NCBI GenBank assembly: GCA_016180645.1
Contig: JACPAV010000003.1
Coordinates: 1 to 64,000 of the forward strand
Reading direction: 5' to 3'
DNA length: 64,000 nucleotides
Source: Nitrospirota bacterium
GTDB taxonomy: Bacteria; JACPQY01
The notes under the pieces were generated by a model. It was not told where the DNA came from, did not search any database, and saw only the letters and a list, made by a program, of their open reading frames with translations. Positions 57,450 through 64,000 of this stretch are shown in pieces. A program made the translations under genes and the position numbers. How positions within the stretch are numbered: the first letter of the stretch is position 1; each line of letters begins with the position of its first letter.

Positions 57450-59516
57450 GTGATGAAGAAGCTGGGTGCAATCCCCGTTCCGAGCAATCGGAACGGGATT
57501 TTTTTTGTCCGGAAAAAAGCCATGGCCGGGATCATGGCCGTTTTCCTGTGGCCGATCGCCCATTCGGCAGGCGCGGATACCCCTTCCACCGCCGACTCCC
57601 CCCCCCCGATCATGGAGGAGGTGGTCGTCACCGGCCGCCGCGTCGTCGACCCCACGGCCCAATCCACCTTGATTCTGACGGAGCGGTATGCGGACCGGCC
57701 CGTCACGCTCCCGGAAATTCTCCAATCGGTCGCGGGGGTGAAAATCAGCCGCTTCGGCGGCCTCGGCAGCTTCGCCACCATTTCGATCCGCGGCTCCACG
57801 GCGGACCAGGTCCGGTTCTACCTGGACGGCGTTCCCCTGAACACGGTTCAGGGCGGCGGGCTCGACCTCTCGACGATCCCTCTCGACCTCATCGAGAGCA
57901 TCGAGGTCTTCCGCGGACAGACTCCTGCCGAGTTCGGTCAGGCCGGAATCGGCGGGATCGTGGACATCCACACGCGTCGGCCCGACGGAACTTTCCTCAC
58001 CCGCATCAAGACCGGCGGCGGGTCTTTCGACTCGCTCCTGGGTTCCGCCGTCCACTCGGGGCACACATCGGGATTCCGGTACCTCCTCGGCACGGACGTC
58101 CAGCAAACACAGGGGGACTTTCCCTATCTCGACGACAACGGAACTCCTTTCAATCAGGATGACGACGATCGGGTGACGCGATCGAACAACGAATCGTTGG
58201 CGTGGGGCGCCGCCGGCCGCGCGGAGTACGAGCTGGGCGCGAACGACGCCATCGAAATGGCGATTCACACGCACACAAAAGATCAGGGCGTGCCCGGCCT
58301 TGGAAACTTTCGCAGTCGCACCGCCACCCTTGAAACGGCGCGCCAATCGGCCACCCTCGCCTGGCGCCGAATGCGAAGCGGGCCGGAATCCGTGGAAGCA
58401 AGGGTCTCCGGCTTCGTCACCCTCCAGCGACAATCCTTCAAAGACACCGCGGGCGAAATCGGCGTCGCCAGTCAGGATAACCGTGATCGCACGCTGGGCT
58501 GGGGAGCGAACGGGCGCGCGGCCATGCCGATCGGCGAGCGTCAACGATGGACGGCCTTCGCGGAGGTTCGGCAGGAAGCGTTCACCCCCAGAGACGCCCT
58601 CTTCCCCAATCCGCTGACCGCGGGCCGACGGGACACGATGGTGGTGACGCTACAGGACGAGGTGGAGATTTTCCCTCCGCGGTTGCTGATCGTTCCTTCC
58701 GGCCGATTTGAATACGCGCTGAACCGGGCCTGGCTCGTCGCGCCACAAACGTCAGACCGCGTCTCCGCAACGGAGCGCCGCACGCTGGCCAACCCGACCG
58801 GCAGGCTCGGCGCTCGTTACAAGATCCGCCACGATCTTACGGCCTCGGCCAATGTCGGCACCGCCTATCGAATTCCCGACTTCACCGAGTTGTACGGCGA
58901 CCGCGGATTCATCCAGGGCAATCCCGATCTCAAGCCGGAATCGGGACTGAATGCCGATGCGGGTCTCCTCCACGAAGTGCCGCGCGCGGGCGTGATGGAT
59001 TCCCTCCGGACGGGTATCGTGCTCTTCGGCAGCCGGGTGACGAACCTGATCCAGTTCGTCCAAAACTCGCAGCAGACGGCCGTGGCCGAGAATTTCAACC
59101 GCGTGCGGGTTTTGGGACTCGAGGCCCAACTCGATGCCTCCCTGCTCCGGCACGCGGAAGTGTCCACCACCTACACGCACCAGAGGACAACGGACGTCAG
59201 CCCTTCGGCCACCCACCGCGGGCGGACGGTCCCCGGCCGGCCTTTCAATGAAGTCACGGCACGAAGCGGCATCTTCAACGCCTGGGGAAAAGTCTTCTAC
59301 GAATTCGAATTCACCGAGGGCAACTTTCTGGACCGATCCAATTTCCTCCTCGTGCCCGCGCGATTGATCCATAATACGGGCGTCACCTTCAAATTCCTCA
59401 AGCGATTCTCGGCCACCGCCGAGGCGAAAAACATCACGGCGAATCAGCTCGTCGATTACAACGGATTCCCGTTGCCGGGGCGCTCCTACTTCGGATCGCT
59501 CACGGCTACCTTCTAG
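57450..59516 (+). CDS. btuB: TonB-dependent cobalamin receptor (BtuB-like)
   Basis: EEVVVTG TonB box, SIRGS, IESIEVFRG, GNPDLKPE, C-terminal Phe; riboswitch upstream. Start uncertain. Confidence 0.85.
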   Translation: MMKKLGAIPVPSNRNGIFFVRKKAMAGIMAVFLWPIAHSAGADTPSTADSPPPIMEEVVVTGRRVVDPTAQSTLILTERYADRPVTLPEILQSVAGVKISRFGGLGSFATISIRGSTADQVRFYLDGVPLNTVQGGGLDLSTIPLDLIESIEVFRGQTPAEFGQAGIGGIVDIHTRRPDGTFLTRIKTGGGSFDSLLGSAVHSGHTSGFRYLLGTDVQQTQGDFPYLDDNGTPFNQDDDDRVTRSNNESLAWGAAGRAEYELGANDAIEMAIHTHTKDQGVPGLGNFRSRTATLETARQSATLAWRRMRSGPESVEARVSGFVTLQRQSFKDTAGEIGVASQDNRDRTLGWGANGRAAMPIGERQRWTAFAEVRQEAFTPRDALFPNPLTAGRRDTMVVTLQDEVEIFPPRLLIVPSGRFEYALNRAWLVAPQTSDRVSATERRTLANPTGRLGARYKIRHDLTASANVGTAYRIPDFTELYGDRGFIQGNPDLKPESGLNADAGLLHEVPRAGVMDSLRTGIVLFGSRVTNLIQFVQNSQQTAVAENFNRVRVLGLEAQLDASLLRHAEVSTTYTHQRTTDVSPSATHRGRTVPGRPFNEVTARSGIFNAWGKVFYEFEFTEGNFLDRSNFLLVPARLIHNTGVTFKFLKRFSATAEAKNITANQLVDYNGFPLPGRSYFGSLTATF

Positions 59517-59525
59517 TTCAACGGC

Positions 59526-60410
59526 ATGATCACCCCGAACCTCATCTCGGTCGCCGCGATTCTCGCGACGCTTGCCTCGGGCCTCCGCGCGGAGTCAACC
59601 CAGCCGGCGTGTCACCGGATCGTTTCCCTGGCCCCAAGCGTAACCGAAATCCTTTTCGCGCTGGGGTTGGGTGAGAGCGTCGTCGGGGTAACCCGGTTCT
59701 GCGCCTTCCCTCCGGAGGCCGCCCGGAAGGACAAAGTCGGAGGATATGTCGATACCAACTATGAGGCGATAGCCGCCCTCGATCCGGACCTTGTCGTGCT
59801 CCTGCCGGAGCAGGCCGAACAGGAACGAATCCTCATGAATCTCGGCATTCGAACGCTGGGGGTCGATCACCGGAATGCCGCGGGAATTCTGAATTCCATC
59901 GCCACGATCGGGACGACGTGCGGGAAAGGCGTGGAGGCGGAGGCCCTCGTCGCTGATCTGCGGCGGCGGGTGGACGGAATCAGAGACCGCGTGCGGAAGG
60001 CCCCGCGCCCCACGGTCCTCATCTCCCTCGGCCCGAATGCGGGAGGCGGGGTGCTCCAGGACGGCATACGCACGTTCGCCCGCGGAGGATTGTTCGACGA
60101 ATTGCTGACCCTCGCCGGTGGGAGGAATGCCTACGGCGGACTTTCGCCTGAGTATCCCGTTCTCTCCGCCGAAGGCATCCTTCAATTGAACCCGCAGGTC
60201 ATCATCGAGTTGGTTCCCGACCTCGAGAGGATGGGATGGCGCAAGGAATCGCTGTTGGAGCGGTGGAAACCCCTGCAAGCCGTGGATGCCGTCAAGAACG
60301 GCCGAATCTACATTTTCAGCCAGGATTACGTAAACGTTCCGAGCACTCGATTCGTGCTGCTCCTGGAAGCGCTGGCCCGGGCGATCCATCCTGAACTGAA
60401 GTGGAATTGA
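59526..60410 (+). CDS. btuF: Periplasmic cobalamin-binding protein
   Basis: RIVSLAPSVTEILFALG, PDLV, AVKNGRIY. Confidence 0.85.
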   Translation: MITPNLISVAAILATLASGLRAESTQPACHRIVSLAPSVTEILFALGLGESVVGVTRFCAFPPEAARKDKVGGYVDTNYEAIAALDPDLVVLLPEQAEQERILMNLGIRTLGVDHRNAAGILNSIATIGTTCGKGVEAEALVADLRRRVDGIRDRVRKAPRPTVLISLGPNAGGGVLQDGIRTFARGGLFDELLTLAGGRNAYGGLSPEYPVLSAEGILQLNPQVIIELVPDLERMGWRKESLLERWKPLQAVDAVKNGRIYIFSQDYVNVPSTRFVLLLEALARAIHPELKWN

Positions 60411-60952
60411 TGGGCATGGGCAAAATAGTGCTGATCACGGGTGGAGCGAGGAGCGGGAAGAGCGACTACGCGCTCGAACTGGCCGACGCCTACAAAATGA
60501 AAGCCTTCATCGCGACCGCCGAACCGGTGGACGAGGAGATGCGCCGGCGCATCGAAACTCATCGACGGGAGCGTGACTCATCTTTTCTCACGATCGAGGA
60601 ACCCATCCGGATTGCGAAGGCGCTGCTCGACCTCCCGAAAGAGATCGAAGTGAGCGTCATCGACTGCCTCACCGTCTGGCTCGGAAACCTCATGCACAGA
60701 TTCGGAGAAGAAGTCGGCGATCATGCTGAGATCATTTCGTTTCAGAGGGCGATTCGGAAGCCACGCCACGACCTCATCATCGTCACCAACGAAGTGGGCA
60801 TGGGCATCGTGCCCCCAAACGCCGCCGCGAGACAATTTCGGGACCTTGCGGGAAGACTGAACCGGCAGGTGGCGGACATGGCCGGTCGGGTCATTCTGAT
60901 GGTTTGCGGCATGCCGATTACCGTGAAGGAGCAACCTCGTGGATCGTCTTAG
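60410..60952 (+). CDS. cobU: Adenosylcobinamide kinase/guanylyltransferase
   Basis: GGARSGKS, EMRRRI..H, DCLTVWL, TNEVGMG, FRDLAG. Confidence 0.93.
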   Translation: MGMGKIVLITGGARSGKSDYALELADAYKMKAFIATAEPVDEEMRRRIETHRRERDSSFLTIEEPIRIAKALLDLPKEIEVSVIDCLTVWLGNLMHRFGEEVGDHAEIISFQRAIRKPRHDLIIVTNEVGMGIVPPNAAARQFRDLAGRLNRQVADMAGRVILMVCGMPITVKEQPRGSS

Positions 60953-62000
60953 CGAAATCTTCGATTCCATCGCGCCGGTCGACCATCGTATGGACGCCGA
61001 CGTTCGATCCCGACTGGACAACCTGACGAAACCGAAAGACAGCCTGGGGCGTTTGGAGGATATCGTCGTTCAGTTCTGCTCGGTACGGGGCACGCTTGAA
61101 CCCCACATCGAGAAGAAGACGATCTTCACGTTTGCCGGCGACCATGGCGTCGCCGAGGAAGGAGTCTCCGCCTATCCGAAAGCGGTGACGCCGCAGATGG
61201 TCAGGAACATGCTGGCGGGCGGCGCGGCGGTCAACGTGCTCGCGCGGCACGTCGGGGCGGAGGTCCGCGTCGTGGATATCGGTGTGGACGATCCGCTGGA
61301 GAATGCGCCCGGTCTCGTTCGCCGGAAGGTCAGAATGGGAACGAGCAACATTGCGCGGGGACCGGCCATGACCGTTGATGAAGCGCTTCGCGCGATTCAC
61401 GTGGGCATCGAGCTCGCCCGGGAGGCTCAGAAGGACGGGGCAGCGCTTCTCGGCGTGGGCGATATGGGCATCGCCAATACAACGCCATCGGCGGCTCTCT
61501 ACGCCGCCCTGCTCCCGGCGCCCGTGGAAGAAGTGACGGGCCGCGGAACGGGAATCGATGACAACGCCCTGTCTCGCAAGGTGAACGTCATCAAGCGCGC
61601 GTTGACCGTGAACCGTGACAGTCTGTCCGATGCTCTCAACGCACTCGCCGCGGTCGGTGGATTTGAAATAGCCGGGATCACCGGCGTCATCCTGGGAGCG
61701 GCCTCCTGCCGCATTCCCGTCGTCGTGGACGGTTTCATCTCGTCCGCCGGAGCACTCGTAGCTTGCAGGATGTGCGATCGTCTCAAGGACTATCTCTTTT
61801 TCAGCCATTGCTCGCAGGAATCCGGGCACAAGGCCTTTTTCCGGCGGTTCGGCGTCGAGCCGCTTCTGGACTTGGGAATGCGTCTGGGCGAGGGAACGGG
61901 AGCGGCGTTGGCCGTTTCTCTCATCGAAGCAGCCGTGAAGATCTACAACGAGATGGCCACCTTCGGATCGGCGGGCGTTTCGGGAAGGAGCACGACTTGA
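60939..62000 (+). CDS. cobT: Nicotinate-nucleotide-dimethylbenzimidazole phosphoribosyltransferase
   Basis: LTKPKDSLGRLE, AGDHGV, MGIANTT, GGFEIAG, MRLGEGTGA. Confidence 0.95.
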   Translation: MDRLSEIFDSIAPVDHRMDADVRSRLDNLTKPKDSLGRLEDIVVQFCSVRGTLEPHIEKKTIFTFAGDHGVAEEGVSAYPKAVTPQMVRNMLAGGAAVNVLARHVGAEVRVVDIGVDDPLENAPGLVRRKVRMGTSNIARGPAMTVDEALRAIHVGIELAREAQKDGAALLGVGDMGIANTTPSAALYAALLPAPVEEVTGRGTGIDDNALSRKVNVIKRALTVNRDSLSDALNALAAVGGFEIAGITGVILGAASCRIPVVVDGFISSAGALVACRMCDRLKDYLFFSHCSQESGHKAFFRRFGVEPLLDLGMRLGEGTGAALAVSLIEAAVKIYNEMATFGSAGVSGRSTT

Positions 62001-62809
62001 TCGCGGATCATTCCGCAACACGCCGGAACCCGTTCGGAGGCCTTGTGACGGCCATTCGCACGCTGACCATCCTTCCATCCCCCGGCGCGGATGCCGTGAA
62101 ACTCTCGGATGCGCTCCCCTGGTTTCCCATCGTGGGCTTGGCGTTGGGAATGCTGCTCTACGCCGGGATCCGGATGCTCGATTTCATGGCGGGCGACCGC
62201 TGGCCGGAAGGCATCGCCGCGGCAACGATCGTGGCCGGAACGATATTGACCGGCGGCCTGCACCTGGACGGCCTGGCGGATTGGGCCGACAGCCTCGGCG
62301 GCGGGGGCAACCGTCAAAGAATGCTGGACATCATGAAGGACTCGCGGACGGGAGCGTTCGGTGTCATCGCCGTGGTGAGCGTCATCCTGCTGAAATGGAT
62401 CGCGCTCTCCCGGCTGATTTCGTTGCACCTCGCCATTTGGATGGTCGCCGCCTACGTTGTATCGAGGTGCATGCAGGCGGATCTCGCGGGCCGCTTGCCC
62501 TACGCGCGGATCGACGGAACGGCCGCCCCGTTCATCCACCCGGCCGGCATGGCTCGCCGCGCCGTCATTCTTGGCTCCGGCCTGTCGATCATGCTCCTCC
62601 TCTGCGGATTTGCCGGAGGCGCGATTTTTCTGGTCGGTGGGCTGGCAGCGTGGCTGTTCGGACGATGGTGCCTGCTCCGCCTTGCCGGGGTCACCGGGGA
62701 CCTCCTCGGAGCGTGCAGCGAATGGACCGAAGTTTTGACCCTCTTCCTCTGCGCCTTCGCGGGCGAAAAAATCATCCCTTGGAGTCGATCACTCTGGTCG
62801 CTCCCATAA
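61997..62809 (+). CDS. cobS: Adenosylcobinamide-GDP ribazoletransferase (cobalamin synthase)
   Basis: TGGLHLDGLADWAD, IMKDSRTGAFG, GVTGDLLGA; TTG start with AGGAG RBS. Confidence 0.93.
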   Translation: MIADHSATRRNPFGGLVTAIRTLTILPSPGADAVKLSDALPWFPIVGLALGMLLYAGIRMLDFMAGDRWPEGIAAATIVAGTILTGGLHLDGLADWADSLGGGGNRQRMLDIMKDSRTGAFGVIAVVSVILLKWIALSRLISLHLAIWMVAAYVVSRCMQADLAGRLPYARIDGTAAPFIHPAGMARRAVILGSGLSIMLLLCGFAGGAIFLVGGLAAWLFGRWCLLRLAGVTGDLLGACSEWTEVLTLFLCAFAGEKIIPWSRSLWSLP

Positions 62810-62852
62810 GTAAAACCGTAAAGATTCATATGCTACGAAAGGAGAATCAAAC

Positions 62853-64000
62853 ATGAGAAAACTCACATCCCGTCTTGGCTTAATCCTATTTACCGCATTC
62901 CTGCTGGGCATCGGATGCGCGGAGAAGGAGAAAACCGGCGGCCTCGCCCCCTCGAAGGGCGCGGTCATCGTCACAACGGATTTCGGCGGAAGCGGAACCG
63001 TGGCCTCGCTGAGCCTCGGTCCCGACCCCGCCCTTTGGAGCCTGAGCGACAAGCTCGAACTGGTCTCCAGCGATCCTACGGTCCGCGTTTTCGGGTCGAG
63101 GGTCTACGTGATCAATCGTTTCGGAGCCGACAACATTCAGTTGCTCGACCCGAACAACAATTATCTCACCGCCGGTCAATACTCCATCGGCAAAGGGGCC
63201 AATCCGCATGATATCCTTGAGCTCAGCGCGACGAAGGCTTACGTCACGCGGTTCGAGCCACCCTACGATGACATCCTGATCGTGAATCCGACCACCGGAG
63301 ATGAGCTGGGTACGATTTCCCTCAAGGGGGTGTCCGGTCTCAACAAAACGTCCACGCCCCGACCGCACCAGATGATCAAGGTGGACGACCGGGTCTACGT
63401 GATCCTTCAGAATCTCGACAGTGCTTTTTCGGAGACGGGGAACAGCCTCCTGGCCGTCATCGATCCGGCGTCGGATGCCCTGATCGATGCGGATCCTGCC
63501 ACTCCCGAAATCGATACCATCGACCTCGGACTCAAGAACGCGAGTGGAAATGCCCTCTACAAAGATGAGGTCTTCATCGCCGGGGCGGGCGACTACCTCG
63601 CTCAGAATCCGGCGGCGGAAGCCGGCGTCGTGGCGGTGAATGTAAAGACGCATGCCGTTCGCACGATCATCGGCGGTGCCGCGCTTTCCGGAAGACCGGG
63701 AGAGGATTTGGCCGTCACGGAGTCCGGCCGAGGTTATCTCGCCGTTACCGATTCCGCCTACCCTGCAACGTTCAAACCGTCCCTTCTGGAATTCGACGCC
63801 GCGACAGGATCCTTGGGCGCGGCCATATACACGGGCAGCTCGACGGCCTCCGCCCTTCAGTCGTTCGAATTGGACAGCCGAGGCCACCTCTTGATCCTGG
63901 ACCGCGATCCCGCGAACCCCGGGGTGGTGGTTGTGGACACGAAAACCCGCGCCACCATTGGGGATCGGTTTCCCACAAGCATTCCCCCGGCCGCCATCGC
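62853..64000 (+). CDS. Beta-propeller lipoprotein in the B12 operon (BtuG/YncE-like), truncated by the window end
   Basis: Own translation (absent from the ORF track): MRKLTSRLGLILFTAFLLGIG-C...VYVINRFGADNI...NPHDI...KAYVTR...RVYV; AAGGAG RBS; frame open to 64000. Confidence 0.75.
   Translation, partial: MRKLTSRLGLILFTAFLLGIGCAEKEKTGGLAPSKGAVIVTTDFGGSGTVASLSLGPDPALWSLSDKLELVSSDPTVRVFGSRVYVINRFGADNIQLLDPNNNYLTAGQYSIGKGANPHDILELSATKAYVTRFEPPYDDILIVNPTTGDELGTISLKGVSGLNKTSTPRPHQMIKVDDRVYVILQNLDSAFSETGNSLLAVIDPASDALIDADPATPEIDTIDLGLKNASGNALYKDEVFIAGAGDYLAQNPAAEAGVVAVNVKTHAVRTIIGGAALSGRPGEDLAVTESGRGYLAVTDSAYPATFKPSLLEFDAATGSLGAAIYTGSSTASALQSFELDSRGHLLILDRDPANPGVVVVDTKTRATIGDRFPTSIPPAAI

Noticed and set aside
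56918-57799. ORFs overlapping the riboswitch (56918-57799, 57099-58544, 57182-58162)
   Set aside because: The region is better explained by the cobalamin riboswitch and the btuB frame.

Overview
GC-rich bacterial chromosomal window, densely coding, with no rRNA, tRNA or CRISPR array seen. Gene content is compatible with a diderm deltaproteobacterium-like organism, but taxonomy cannot be fixed from sequence alone. From left to right: (1) REP doublet and a MITE-like palindrome; (2) MBL hydrolase-5'-3' exonuclease-uvrA-cysteine synthase operon; (3) a more AT-rich Sir2-HerA antiphage cassette followed by a small aspartic protease gene; (4) acyl-CoA carboxylase, beta-keto-acid cleavage enzyme and methylmalonyl-CoA mutase genes, interrupted by a divergent HD-GYP/GGDEF pair; (5) an orphan lipoprotein and a second defence-like ATPase + TOPRIM-like pair; (6) a ~2930-aa lipoprotein adhesin-like giant (GIRG tetrapeptide tract, Ig-like repeats, nested NHL propeller, 12 Kelch repeats) divergent from a double-OmpA outer-membrane protein; (7) a ~15-kb Fur-boxed iron island combining an FTR1-DUF4856-imelysin-sterol desaturase-TonB receptor-Bfd module with a FetMP-porin-DUF2318-ABC module; (8) a Csd6-like/Csd4-like peptidoglycan-trimming operon; (9) a cobalamin riboswitch-controlled B12 uptake/salvage operon truncated by the window end. 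The best candidates for undescribed biology are the desaturase-containing iron module, the giant adhesin/OmpA pair and the stand-alone ATPase/TOPRIM-like pair. All family calls come from motif reading, not database searches.
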